Assembly (NCBI GenBank): GCA_964016885.1
Contig: CAXHJY010000556.1
Span: 1-57,497, forward strand
Source of the DNA: Eledone cirrhosa
Lineage: Eukaryota
DNA: 57,497 nt
Direction of reading: 5' to 3'
This document shows, one piece after another, positions 1-13,503 of this stretch (positions are counted from its first letter, which is position 1; the number at the start of each line of letters is the position of its first letter). The translations under genes were made by a program, and so were the position numbers. Below the pieces are notes generated by a model. It was given only the letters and a program-made list of their open reading frames with translations, was not told the DNA's origin and searched no databases.

Positions 1-30
1 AATGCGTACATAGATATCCAGAAGCATATA

Positions 31-130
31 CACACACGTACACACACGTACACGCACGTACACACACGTACACACACGTACACACACGTACACACACGTA
101 CACACACGTACACACACGTACACACACGCA
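31..130. repeat. 10-bp tandem repeat (cacacacgta)n
   Basis: About 10 direct copies visible. Confidence 0.95.
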
Positions 131-189
131 AAAAACACAAACACACATATGTTAAAATATGATTTTATGTAATTTTTGTTACAATGTTA

Positions 190-280
190 AGACTACTGCT
201 CGTAAAGTCGTGAGTTCGAATCCCGGGTCTATTAGTACGTTGTGTCCTTAAGCAAGACACTTATTTCATGGTATGCCTGG
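190..280 (+). mobile_element. tRNA-derived SINE fragment
   Basis: B-box gagttcgaatcc followed by gtgtccttaagcaagacact, resembling the SINE copies at 51063 and 52385. Confidence 0.65.
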
Positions 281-303
281 ATAGAAATACATGTAAGGGA
301 AAT

Positions 304-588
304 ATGGTGGCTGCCAACTCGTTTTCGAGTACGGCCACTACTTTATATCCATGTAGGAGAACCCCTTTTGTTTTTTGTCCTGAACGAGTGTGACTTTTTA
401 GTCAAGCCAGCGATGTTGACTTTTATGAGTCCTTCCGCCCTTTGTCAGGTTTTGTTTTTTGTCCTGCAAGGTGTCCCAAATCACCCCCCTCACCAAGTAA
501 ACTTGGTGGGTTGCCGGTTTAGTCGCCGACGACGCGACCATGCGACAGGTTGTACTGGGTTACATGTTACCAGTAGCACCCAAGAGTG
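304..588 (-). mobile_element. Internally deleted bipartite RTE-derived element
   Basis: Has the 5' motif gctactggtaacatgtaacccagtac (minus) joined to the 3' end ...gagttggcagccaccat, both shared with 6180-7103 and 31882-32427. Confidence 0.7.
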
Positions 589-645
589 TATACATACATA
601 CATACATACATACATACATACATACATACATACATACATACAAAC

Positions 646-1550
646 ATGGTGGCTGCCAACTCGTTTTCGAGTACGGCCACTACTTTATATCCATGTAGGA
701 GAACCCCTACCGATGCGCTGAACGAGTGTGACATTTTAGTCCAGCCAGCGACTGGAAAACTCTGGTACAAACACTACACTTGTGACAATTATTGACACAC
801 AGTGCTGGACCCATGGTACCATGTGACGACAAGTGCAGAGAGATCTCCAGATATAAAGCAATGTATGTATATATATATATATGGTGGTGGCTGCCAACTC
901 GTTTTCGAGTACGGCCACTACTTTATATCCATGTAGGAGAACCCCTACCGATGCGCTGAACGAGTGTGACATTTTAGTTCAGCCAGCGACTTGAAAACTC
1001 TGGTACAAACACTACACTTGTGACAATTATTGACACATAGTGCTGGGCCCATGGTACCATGTGACGACAAGTGCAGAGAGATCTCCAGATATAAAGCAAT
1101 GTATGTATATATATATATATATATGGTGGTGGCTGCTAACTCGTTTTCGAGTACGGCCACTACTTTATATCCATGTAGGAGAACCCCTACCGATGCGCTG
1201 AACGAGTGTGACATTTTAGTTCAGCCAGCGACTTGAAAACTCTGGTACAAACACTACACTTGTGACAATTATTGACACACAGTGCTGGGCCCATGGTACC
1301 ATGTGACGACAAGTGCAGAGAGATCTCCAGATATAAAGCAATGTATGTATATATATATATATATATATGGTGGTGGCTGCTAACTCGTTTTCGAGTACGG
1401 CCACTACTTTATATCCATGTAGGAGAACCCCTACCGATGCGCTGAACGAGTGTGACATTTTAGTCCAGCCAGCGACTGGAAAACTCTGGTACAAACACTA
1501 CACTTGTGACAATTATTGACACACAGTGCTGGGCCCATGGTACCATGTGA
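646..1550 (-). repeat. Head-to-tail array (about 240 bp x 4) of RTE-type 3' ends separated by (TA)n tails
   Basis: Near-identical units start near 646, 881, 1123 and 1367. Confidence 0.9.
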
Positions 1551-1725
1551 CCCAAGGTGTCGTGTGAGATCACTACTCGACCTGAATACCCTTCCACAAA
1601 CATCACATGCCGTCGTCTGATGAACACTTATAGCTCCACAGGTGCCTGCTACCCTGTTCTTGTGCACTCTCAGGTGACTCTTTAGACCTGCACTGCTCAG
1701 ACAACCCCTATTACAGGTGTCATAT
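1367..1725 (-). mobile_element. 3' end of a non-LTR retrotransposon (RTE-like) ORF with three C2H2 zinc fingers
   Basis: Minus translation (Y)DTCNRGCLSSAGLKSHLRVH...CDVCGRVFRSSSDLTRHLGSH...CSVCTRVFQSLAGLKCHTRSAH*, then a short 3' UTR and microsatellite tail. Confidence 0.75.
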
Positions 1726-1758
1726 ATACCTACCTACCTACCTACATGCACATATTAT

Positions 1759-1827
<69 letters not shown>

Positions 1828-1830
<3 letters not shown>

Positions 1831-1994
1831 CGAAGGAAATGTGGTAAGGAACCAGGTGGACCATAACGTACCAAAGTACTCAATACTTAGGGTAGTAGAG
1901 TGGGTAATAGGAACAAGTATGACCCGAATGGGTGAGTCCAGAATTAGCCGTCGAAACGGCTTGAGCTCAGCTGTCGGGGTCCTACTCGTTCCTA
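1828..1994. mobile_element. (TA)n-embedded short element, family B, with a partial hammerhead (GAAAC-stem III-GUC); other copies 37635-37832, 42005-42202, 48461-48648
   Basis: Four near-identical copies, each flanked by (TA)n and partly duplicated. gaaacggct-tgagctc-agccgtc forms stem III. CUGANGA is not intact in any copy. Confidence 0.7.
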
Positions 1995-2051
1995 TATATA
2001 TATATATATGTAGAAGTTATATTTAATTTGTTGGGATATATATATATATGT

Positions 2052-2111
<60 letters not shown>

Positions 2112-2212
2112 ATGTATATGTATATATATATAGAAATATATATGTAAATACTTACCTATATATACATATATATATATACACACAGACACACACATATATC
2201 TATCTATCTATC

Positions 2213-2472
2213 TAAGGCGTGTAAAATTCCCGAGATCCATGGACGAGTTCTCTCCAGCGGTCTCTGTCCCTCATTATCGCTGCCATGTCCTGCGTCTCCA
2301 ACAGACCAGTGTCTGTCCTTAGGGCATCAACATACGTTAACCTTGGTCTTCCTCTTCCAGTGTGTCCATGTAGGGGCTCCCAAAGGAGCACTGAGTGCAA
2401 TGTCAACTCTGGATGTCGGTGAGCATGTCCAGCTAACCTCAGTCTCCTCTGTGTCACTTTTGAGCTGACTTT
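2213..2472 (-). mobile_element. RTE-type LINE 3' fragment (family X)
   Basis: [13 protein letters not shown]...RGRPRLTYVD...RDRDRWREL is the typical RTE/RTEX C-terminus. Five copies are present in the window. Confidence 0.85.
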
Positions 2473-2600
2473 TTTATATATATGTATGTGTATATATATA
2501 TGTATGTGTATATATATGTATATATATGTGTATATGTGTGTATATATGTGTGTATATATATATCTATATGTGTATATATGTGTACGTATGTGTGTTTATA

Positions 2601-2642
<42 letters not shown>

Positions 2643-2667
2643 TATATATATGAATACACACACACAT

Positions 2668-2719
<52 letters not shown>

Positions 2720-3522
2720 ATATATGTGTATATATATATGTATGTGTGTTTATATATATGTATATATGTATATATATATATATTGGGTCTTCCAAAAAAT
2801 GTATACACACTTCAACAGCATTCTACTAAATATTGCCTGTACCTGTAACCGAATTGTGTATACATTTTTGGGGGACACCCTTTATATTTATATATATATA
2901 TGTGTGTGTGTTTTTGTGTGTGTATATATATATATGTATATGTGTGTGTGTGCGTGTGTGAGTGTGTGTCTGTGTATGTGTGTTTGTGTGTGTTTGTGGG
3001 TGTATGTGCGTCTGTGTATGTGTGTGTGTGTGTGTGTGTGTTTGTGTGTGTGTTTGTGTGTGTCTGTATGTGTGTGTATGTATGTGTGTCTGTGTGTGTG
3101 TGTGTGTGTCTGTGTATATGTGTGTGTGTATGTGTGTCTGTGTATGTGTTTGTGTGTGTGTGTCTGTGTATGTGTGTGTATGTATGTGTGTGTGTTTGTA
3201 TGTGTTTGTGTGTGTGTGTATGTGTATGTGTGTTTGTGTGTGTGTGTCTGTGATTGTGTGTCTGTGTGTGTGTGTGTGTGTGTATGTGTCTGTGTATATA
3301 TGTGTGTGTGTGTATGTGTGTCTGTGTCTGTGTATATGTGTGTGTATGTGTGTCTGTGTATGTGTGAGTTTTTTTGTGTGTGTGTGTCTGTGTATGTGTG
3401 TGTGTGTGTGTTTGTCTGTGTATGTGTGTTTGTGTGTGTGTGTCTGTGTATCAGTGTTTGTGTGTGTATATGTGTGTGTGTGTGTGTCTGTGTATGTGTG
3501 TGTGTGTCTGTGTATCAGTGTT

Positions 3523-3553
<31 letters not shown>

Positions 3554-3650
3554 CTGTGTATGTGTGTGTGTGTCTGTGTATCAGTGTTTGTGTGTGTATA
3601 TGTGTCTGTGTGTGTGTGTGTCTGTGTATGTGTGTGTGTGTGTGTGTATA
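2473..3650. repeat. Compound (TA)n/(TG)n microsatellite field
   Basis: Direct inspection. Confidence 0.95.
2783..2882. mobile_element. About 80-100 bp Tc1/mariner-type MITE; related copies 15329-15405 and 41015-41095
   Basis: Imperfect inverted termini gggtcttccaaaaaatgtatacac / gtgtatacatttttgggggacaccc in a TA context. Confidence 0.7.
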
Positions 3651-4186
3651 CAAACATCCGACGTCACTAAGACCAAACTATAGGACTTTGCCTTTCTCTT
3701 GCACAATGCCGGGTGGAGTGGAGAAGCGAGACTTCGCCGAGTAAGATGGTCAACCTTGGAGTGGAACTTTCAGTGATGCAAACCCAATGGTCAGACATTG
3801 GTTAATTGACACCTCTCACCTGCAACAACATATGTTATTTTGTGCCCCTTATCACCTAAATAATAAATACACTGAACAATCTCCTCCTGGGATTTAGTGC
3901 ATAATGTTAATTATATGACTCACCAAAGTTTTAGTCTATATATATACATATACATATATATATACATATACATATATAGACATATATATATGTATAAACA
4001 CGCGCACACACATATATTTATATATATATATATATATATATTTAAATATAATTAGAATTTTATTTATCACCCTAGCACTGTTGATACATAAATGTAAGTA
4101 TGCGCACGTACACACATATACATATATATATATGTGTGTGAGTGTGTGTGTGTGTATATATGTGTGTATATGTACGTGTGCATACT

Positions 4187-4241
<55 letters not shown>

Positions 4242-4439
4242 TGAAATTTCGTTGAAAACAGAAAAGGTCATAGAAGTGAAGAGTGCTCTATGTAAGTTCC
4301 AGAGCAAAATTTAATGTATAAAAATCAATACAATATAATTACCTCATTATATATATATATAGACACACATATACATATACATCTAGTATACTAAAGTCAC
4401 CCAATTTATGTCACCAATTTCCGGGGCCATATATATGGT

Positions 4440-4969
4440 GTAGTGGACTCTGTGCAGATGGTGGATGGGTGCTACACGAGAATGCTGAGGATGTCTCTGA
4501 ACATTAATCAGTTTACACTGAGGATGAAGAACACAGAGCTGTATGGGAGCCTCCCAAAAGTCAGCTTAAAAGTGACATAGAGGAGACTGAGGTTAGCTGG
4601 ACATGCTCACCGACATCCAGAGTTGACACTGCACTGTGGGAGCCCCTACAGGGACACACTAGGTTAGCTGGACATGCTCACCGACATCCAGAGTTGACAC
4701 TGCACCCAGTGCTCCTGTGGGAGCCCCTACAGGGACACACTAGGTTAGTTGGACATGCTCACCAACATCCAGAGTTGACACTGCACTCAGTGCTCCTGTG
4801 GGAGCCCCCCCAACAGGGACATACTGGAAGAGGAATACCAAGGTTAACGTATGTTGATGCCCTAAGGTCAGACACTGGTCTGTTGGAGACGCAGGACATG
4901 GCAGCGATAATGAGGGACAGAGACCGCTGGAGAGAACTCGTCCATGGATCTCGTGAATTTTACCCGCCC
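4440..4969 (+). mobile_element. RTE family X 3' fragment with internal tandem duplications
   Basis: DGCYTRMLRMSLNI...RLAGHAHRH with the gttagctggacatgctcacc segment present three times. Confidence 0.85.
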
Positions 4970-5307
4970 TATATATATCTATATATATATATGTGTGTCT
5001 GTCTGTGTGTGTGTGTGTTTGTGTATACATATATACAAACGTATGCGTGTATATTTGTGTATATATACCTACATATCGACATGTAAACCTAACATAAATA
5101 TATATACATATATGTGTATGTATATATGTGTATGTATATATGTTTATGTATATATGTGTATGTATATACATTGTTTGGGGAGATGTGTGAATGAGGATAT
5201 AAGATGAAGATAGTGAGGAGAAAGTGTGCCTGATTATACGTATAATAAATACCATTGTATTCACATAAACATACACACACTCACACAGACACATACACAC
5301 ATACATA

Positions 5308-5835
5308 CATGATGGCTGCAAGCTCTGCTAAGAGTATTGCAACCGCTTGTCAGATTACAGAGTTTCGTGCACTTTTAGGCTACGGCCAGCCACACGAACC
5401 TGTAACAGACCCTGAACAAGCAATGCCTGTGCTTTGAAAGTTTTTTAAGTGGGGAAAGGCCTTGCACTCGACCAATCCCACTCTCTGAGCATCGAAAACT
5501 CTGCCCGAAAAGGAGAACTGGTCAACATCATCGGGTGCTGCCGAAGCTGCAGGTATTTTTTTCAGAGTTTCCCTCTCCTAGAAAGGTGTTGTGACAACAA
5601 CTGGGGGCCTTTCACTCCCAGGTGGCAAAAAAAAGTACGATTTGGACGACCGTTGACTCTGCTGAGTTCCACCGCCCTTTGTTGGGTCTTGTATTTCTTC
5701 CCGCAGTGTGTGCAAATATCACCCTCCCACCAAGCAAGTTTGGTGGGGTTGACAGTTTAGTCACCGACGACCCGACCCGACCATGCGACAGGTTGTACTG
5801 GGTTAAATGTTGCCAGTAGCATTCGAGAGCGACCT
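5308..5835 (-). mobile_element. Bipartite non-autonomous RTE-derived element (divergent subfamily)
   Basis: Runs from 5' motif gctactggcaacatttaacccagtac to 3' gcagccatcat(gtat)n, colinear with 31882-32427. Confidence 0.75.
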
Positions 5836-6179
5836 GACATGCAAACATACATTTATACATACATACATATATGATGGCTGCCCCCTCGTTATTATTATTA
5901 TTTCGTCTTATTATTTATTCATTTATGAATTAACGTTTTTTGTTTGTTTCATATATACATATATATATATATAAATTATTAAAAAAATAATGAATAAACA
6001 AAGAAACAGTTCCTTATATTAAACAAAAAAAGTTCATTATTTTACGATCGTTTCTAGGACATATATGTGTTAGAATTGGTATGCATATTCTATAGATCTA
6101 TGTACAATATTTATACAAACTATCAGAGGGAATATACATACCTTATATGATGGCTTATATGAATATACATACCATATAT

Positions 6180-6697
6180 GATGGCTTCCCCCTCGTTATC
6201 GAGTATGGCCATTGCACCATATGCCATTATTAATAATTATTAATTAATTCTATCGTGCAATGCCTGTGCGTAAAGATATTTTTTAAAGTGAGGAAAGACT
6301 GTGGGCTGAGCCAATCCCACTCTCTGAGCGACAGTATAACCCGAAAAGAAGAAAGGATCAACATCATCGGTAACTACTGAGCCGCAGGTTTTATATCGGA
6401 GTTATCCCAGTTTCCTTAGTTGCCTTCTCCTAGAAGAATGCCCTGACAAAGGCTAGGGGTCCTTCACTCCCAGTGGTGTAACCGCGCGGTACATGTGTAT
6501 ATACATATTTACACACTTTTGGATGTTGACTTTTATGAGTTCTTCCGCCCATTGTCAGGTTTTGTTTTTTGTCCTGCAAGGTGTCCAAAATCACCCTCCT
6601 CACCAAGTAAACTTGGTGGGGTTGTCGGTTTAGTCGCCGACGACCCGACCATGCGACAGGTTGTACTGGGTTACATGTTACCAGTAGCACTCAAGAA
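6180..6697 (-). mobile_element. Bipartite RTE-derived element
   Basis: Same 5' and 3' motifs as the other copies. Confidence 0.7.
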
Positions 6698-6780
6698 TGT
6701 ATACATACATACATACATACATACATACATACATACATACATACATACATACATACATACATACATACATACATACATAC

Positions 6781-7103
6781 ATGGTGGCTGCCAAATCGTT
6801 TTCGAGTACGGCCACTACTTTATATCCATGTAGGAGAACCCCTACCGATGCGCTGAACGAGTGTGACTTTTTAGTCCAGCCAGCGACTTGAAAACTCTGG
6901 TACAAACACTACACTTGTGACAATTATTGACACATAGTGCTGGGCCCATGGTACCATGTGACGACAAGTGCAGAGAGATCTCCAGATATAAAGCAATGCC
7001 TGTGCCGTGAAGCTTTTATAGTGAGCAAAGGCACTGCACAAAGCCAGTCCCACTCTCTTAACCAAGATGATATTTACCAAAAAGAAGAACAAGTCAACAT
7101 CAT
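6781..7103 (-). mobile_element. 5'-truncated bipartite RTE-derived element with (TATG)n tail
   Basis: Nearly identical to 15788-16110 and shares its 3' ~180 bp with 1367-1550. Confidence 0.8.
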
Positions 7104-10100
7104 GTTGAAGATTTCCCTCAACGAAATCTTCCAGAGAGAAATTAACTCATGTATAAATATCTCTCTTGCTGAACGTGTTAAAACGACAATGTTGAATAAA
7201 AAACCAAATAATGAAATATTACGTGTTATTGACGAAATAGGGGATGAATATTTACGACGGATAAAAACCCCAACATTTTAACAAATCAACGCCTGTTTAT
7301 ATGCCTTAGCAACGACAGTGAAGCATTATCTTGGTGATAGCAGAGATATTAACAAGAACAAAACACCACCAAAAATACCATCATATATAACTAAAATAGA
7401 AAAAAAGATTGCTGACCTACGAAAAACCATAGGATATGTGACAATGCTCCTTACATGCACACAAACACAAAAAACCGCACTCCTCACCAACAAAGAGTGA
7501 AAAATAAAATAGAGACGATGTTTGGTAACAGTAGAACCAGAACTCTCCAATATAAGCTGATCACCCTCAAACAAGAATTGAGAGCTGTTAGCGAAAAACG
7601 CCGATACCTGAATAAGGTAGATGAGAGAAAAGTGCTTAATAAAAGATTCAGACGAAACCAAACATCAGTCTATAGAGATATGAAGGGCAAAATAATAAGT
7701 GTCACTGAGGCCCCATCCCAGAAAGACATAGATTCCTTTTGGAGCAAAATATGGGGTGAAAAGAAGAATTTCAACCAAGATGCAGTGTGACTAAGAGAAA
7801 TCCGAAAGAACTATTGCTCCTACACCACAACAAAAACATACGAAATAAGTGAGGGCACCCTTGAGACTGTGATAGGAAAACTCCAAGATAAGAAAACACC
7901 AGGAAGAGACATGATTGTCGGCTGCTGGTACGAAAAACTGATATTCTATCGGAGGTATCTTACTGACCTCTACCAACGAGTTCTTAAGGGAGATACACTT
8001 ATACCAGATTGGTTGACATTAACACAAACATTACTGGTCCCCAAGAACAAAGACACCCACTTGGCAAAAACTACCGACCCATTGCATGCCAGAACCTGAT
8101 GTATAAGATGTATACAGCCTGCCTGAACCTATTCCTCCAAGATCACTGTGAAAATAATAACATCATCACATATGAACATGCAGCTGGAAACAAAGGGGTT
8201 TGGGGATGTGCTGAACAACTCCTAATCAACAAAACTGCGATGTCGGAGGTGCGACAACTTAGGAGAAATATGGCTACAGTCTGGCTGGACTACAGGAAAG
8301 CTTTCGATTCTGTTTCCCACTCTTGGATGATAGAGGCTATCCAGCTTGCTAAAGTCCCAGACATTTTTGTCACAGCCATAGAGAGGCTGTCTTCTTCTTG
8401 GGCTACGATCCTAAGGTTAAAGACAGAGAGGGAGGACTCTATTTTCACTGATAAAATAAAATATCGCAGGGGTATATTTCAGGGGGACAGTCTCTGTGAT
8501 ATTATTCATCTTGTCATTAAACGCCTTGTCCTTTCTGCTCAAGAAATGTGAGGGATACATCATTGGCTCACGGGAGGACAGAAATACGAACCTAACCCAT
8601 AATTTCTTTGTGAACGATCTGAAACTCTATGCCAAGAACATGGATGGGATGAAGAAAAATCTTGACCTGGTTACAACGTTCTCAAAGGATATAGGAATGG
8701 AGTTTGGCCAAAATAAAGGCTCATACATGACTGTAAAGGGGGGAAAAACAACAACCCAATCTAGCAACATTGTCATCAATGGCCTAACTGTTTCACCGAT
8801 ATCTGATGAGGACTGCTACAGATACCTGGGGATAGATGAGAACATATCCTATAATGGTATCTGTAATAAAGAACGCGTAACCAGGGAATATTACACCCAA
8901 TTAAGAAAGATCTGGTCATCGGAACTCTCTGCGCAAAACAAAACAATGGCTCACAATGTGTTTGCTGTGCCTGTCCTAACACCAACGTTTGGAATACTCA
9001 ATTGGACGATAGACGAAATCCGAGCAGTTGATGTTGGAACTCGAAATATACTGAACAACACCGGAAACTTCCACATCAACAGTGACATAGACCGCCTTTA
9101 CTTGAAACGTAAGCAGGGAAGCAGAGGCCTAACATCAGTCCAGACAACATTTGAATGTCGCATCATATCTCTCCGACAACATCTACGAACCTCGAAGCGT
9201 AGGAGCCCGTTTCTCGAGCAAGTCTATCTGCATGAAACAGATAAGATCATGAGAGTCGGGAAGGAACTCCTTGAGAGATATTCCCTGTGTGATAATCAAA
9301 AACTCACACCCAGGGATGTCGCTCAGCAGTATCGCAGTGAATCAATGGATGAAAAACTGCATGCCTGTCAGCAAAAAATCATGCATGGATATGTTGCCAG
9401 GAAGCTCCAGAGTGAGAGTAATATAGATAAGGAAAGTAGTTTATCTTGGACCAAGAACCGCTATATTGGCTCCCACTTTGAAGAATATGCTTTTGCAATC
9501 CAGGAACAGGAGATTAGCACGAAATACTTGATTCACAAAAGAAATAGGGATGCAGGCAAAACACCTAGATGTGATAACAAGTGCAGACTCTGCAGAACTA
9601 ACATCGAGGATATCACCCATGTTATCAGCAGCTGTCCAAAGATGCCATCGCGGTACTATCTACCTATAAGGCAAAACACTGTACAATGCAGTTCGTAAAA
9701 AAGATAGCCCCGATAATAAACACAATGTGGAAGACATTCATGTACATAATATGAAAGAGTACTGGTGGAATGTTCCAGTAAAAACCCCAATAAAATGCAG
9801 GCATAACAGACCAGATATTATGATATGGGACAGGGAGAAGAAAGCATGCACAGTAGTGGAAATTAGCTGCCCAGCAGATACTCCACCCTGATTACACGTT
9901 CAGATTTATGCCTGTGATTATTGGGGCACTGGGGTATGTTAGTAACTGCCTCAATATAAATCTTGAGAAGCTAGGCTTCACAGGAACAAAAAGAACACAA
10001 CTAGTTAGGAAACTACAAGTACAATCCATTAATGGAACAGTAAAAATATGTAAAACATTCCAAAAATGTTGCATCTAATAACTGCATATACACATATACA

Positions 10101-10165
10101 GATACAAAGCATATACACATGTACAGATACAACTCAAATCATACACATCCACACATACAATAAGT
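7104..10165 (+). mobile_element. Decayed R4-clade non-LTR retrotransposon (RT + CCHC knuckle + restriction-like endonuclease)
   Basis: RT motifs NYRPIAC, WLDYRKAFDSV, RGIFQGDSL, FVNDLK (for FVDDLK), YRYLG. Knuckle CRLC-x7-HVISSC. RLE HNRPDIMIWD..VEISCP and PVIIGALG. Several frameshifts and stops. Confidence 0.9.
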
Positions 10166-10187
10166 AGTTACTGCTTTACGATACATA

Positions 10188-10720
10188 CAATTGTAAGTGC
10201 CTGGACACCGTCGTCACGAAGTGTTCGGACGTTCCAGCACGCCACCCACAATTCCTTCCTTCGTCTGAAGAGCGGGACTACTGCGGGAGTAGTCTGTAGA
10301 ACTATAGCGGTAGGAGCGCTGTTGCTTTGCATTGCGTTCGTAGCGAGAAGGCAATTAGTATTCATAGTTCGTATTTGGAGGATTCATGGAAGAAGTGTCA
10401 TGGGAGTAGTGAATTCACAAGCGGTCCCCAAAAAACCCGCATGTATATCCCGAACAAGGGGGAAAGACGTCCTATTTGCCGCAGATTCTCCACAGACGCA
10501 GGGAGAGAAACGACCCGAAGCCGCCGGTTACCGTAACAGACACCTCTTGGATTTTCACCAGAGCCCCTTTTGCCGGGTTGCGGCCCTAATACCGCTGGGT
10601 GCCTGATCAATCCGCCTTGGGTGGCCCTACCAGGAACCGAAGTTCCCGACGGCATAGCTCTGACACTACCCGTTGCCACCGCCCTGCCCGTTGAGGAGGG
10701 GTTGGACTTTAGGTTGGACA
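10188..10720 (-). mobile_element. 5' UTR and ORF start of an RTE-clade LINE
   Basis: AP-endonuclease motif I VACWNVRTL. The 5' UTR has gagctatgcc...ggtagggccacccaaggcgga, resembling BovB/Expander leaders (from recall). Confidence 0.8.
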
Positions 10721-10834
10721 TATATACACACATACATATATATATATAGGAAATGTGGGCATTTCTGATAATAATGATGATGATGATGATGATGATTTAA
10801 CATCTGTTTTGTCATGAGATTGAAAATGACTGTG

Positions 10835-10905
10835 TCTTCTTCTTCTTCTTCTTCTTCTTCTTCTTCTTCTTGGGAGGATCCAGGAGACAGAGTTCTCAAG
10901 CACGC
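10835..10905 (-). mobile_element. Very short RTE 3' end with (GAA)n tail
   Basis: CLRTLSPGSSQEEEE resembles the 3' end at 16543-16662. Confidence 0.6.
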
Positions 10906-11059
10906 ATATATATATATATATACACATACACACACACATACACACACACACAAACACATACACCCACACACATACATACACACACATATATACACACACA
11001 TATATATACACATATATAGACACAAACATACACACACACATACTATTATACCCACACAC

Positions 11060-11815
11060 ACATACAACAACAAATATATACACTTACAACAACAAATATA
11101 TATACATACAACAAATATATACATACAACATATATATACATACAACGACAAATACATACAACAACAAATATATACATACAACAATAAATATATACATACA
11201 ACAACAGATATACATATACAACAACAAATATATACATACAACAACAAATATATACATACAACAACAGATATACATATACAACAACAAATATATACATACA
11301 ACAACAAATATATACATACAACAATAAATATATACATAGAACAACAGATATACATATATACATATACAACAATAAATATATACATACAACAACAAATATA
11401 TACATACAACAATAAATATATACATACAACAATAAATATATACATAGAACAACAGATATACATATACAACAATAAATATATACATACAACAACAAATATA
11501 TACATACAACAATAAATATATACAGACAACAATAAATATATACATACAACAACAAATATATACATACAACAATAAATATATACATACAACAATAAATATA
11601 TACATAGAACAACAGATATACATATACAACAATAAATATATACATACAACAACAAATATATACATACAACAATAAATATATACAGACAACAATAAATATA
11701 TACATACAACAACAAATATATACATACAACAATAAATATATACATACAACAATAAATATATACATACAACAATAAATATATACATACAACAACAGATATA
11801 CATATACAACAACAG
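11060..11815. repeat. 22-bp minisatellite (acaacaataaatatatacatac)n
   Basis: More than 30 slightly variant direct copies. Confidence 0.9.
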
Positions 11816-11914
11816 ACATGAAAACACAAGCAGACATATTTTATGTTGCAACAGGTGTAAAACTCGAATTGGAAGACAAATAGTTGTATTAATGTCAAGG
11901 TCAAAGCGTGGCAT

Positions 11915-11969
<55 letters not shown>

Positions 11970-12140
11970 AACACATATATATACACACACACACACACAT
12001 ACACACACATATATATATATACATACACACAAACACATATATATACACACCCACACATATATACACACACATTCACACACATATATATATATATATATAT
12101 ACACACACAAACACATATATATACACACACACACATATAT

Positions 12141-12171
<31 letters not shown>

Positions 12172-12498
12172 CACACAAACACATATATACACACACACTC
12201 ATATATACACACACACATACACATATATATATACACACAAACACAGATATACACACACACATATATACACACACATACACACACACATATATATATATAT
12301 ATATACACACAAACACATATATACACACACACACACATATATACACACACATACACACATACATATATATATCCACACAAACATATATATAGACACACAC
12401 ATATATACACACATATATATACACACACACACATATATACACACACACATATATATACACACACACACACATATATACACACACATACACACACACAC

Positions 12499-12530
<32 letters not shown>

Positions 12531-12684
12531 CCGTCTAAGGTGAAACAATGTTTCTCGGAAATGGCGAATTAACATTTGTGGAACTACTCGCTCTCTCTGT
12601 ATATGCGTTAATGACTCAGGGAAACAAGATACACAGCTACCCGTAATTGCATGAGTAAATATGTATCTATGTATGTATGATATC

Positions 12685-12725
<41 letters not shown>

Positions 12726-12729
<4 letters not shown>

Positions 12730-13017
12730 ACATACGTTAACCTTGGTCTTCCTCTTCTAGTGTGTCCATGTAGGGGCTCCCAAAGGAGCACTGAGTGCAG
12801 TGTCAACTCTGGATGTCGGTGAGCATGTCCAGCTAACCTCAGGCTCCTCTGTGTCACTTTTGAGCTGACTTTTGGGATGCTCCCATACAGCTCTGAGTTT
12901 TTCATCCTAAGGACAGACACTGGTCTGTTGCAGACGCAGGACATGGCAGCGATAATGAGGGACAGAGACCGCTGGAGAGAACTCGTCCATGGATCTCGGG
13001 AATTTTACCCGCCTTAG
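12726..13017. mobile_element. RTE family X insertion with 5' inversion
   Basis: 12726-12908 is minus and 12906-13017 is plus; the two parts are adjacent in the family consensus. Confidence 0.85.
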
Positions 13018-13179
13018 AAAATATATATATGTGTGTGTGTGTATGTGTGTGTATGTGTGTATATGCGTATATATACGTGTATATGTGTATGAGTGTTTAT
13101 ATGTGTGTGTGTGTGTGTGCATGTATGTGTGTGTACATACATATATATATATATATATGTGTGTATAGGTGTGTATATG

Positions 13180-13220
<41 letters not shown>

Positions 13221-13503
13221 GTATGTGTATATGATTGTGTGCACATGTGTAGATGTATGTATATGTTTGCATCTATTTATGTGTATGTATATTTTTAGTT
13301 GAGTATCAATATAACTATACCTCTATCTATAATGTGGGTATATGCAGTTTGTGATCTATGACATTTATGCGTTTGGCTATGTCAACATGTATTTATCTGA
13401 GTTTGATTATTTATACAAAGACATACTTGAAAGTATTTTAAGGCGTATCATACACTGTATTATACTAAGTACAATTTACCACACCGTACTATATTGTGTT
13501 ACG

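Noticed and set aside
1431-1667. C2H2 zinc-finger host gene
   Set aside because: The fingers lie at a multi-copy retroelement 3' end followed by a microsatellite tail.
3655-3935. Unique island with a minus-strand acceptor-like site
   Set aside because: No convincing open frame or recognisable motif.
6036-6133. Minus-strand GAA-ACGATCGT-A with upstream ctgatag
   Set aside because: Probably a decayed hammerhead: the core is broken and stem I is unpaired, so it is not listed as a feature.
8800-8830. CTGATGA hits at about 1617, 8803, 25537, 29938 and 42280
   Set aside because: No matching stem II/GAAA/stem III arrangement was found, so these are chance matches.
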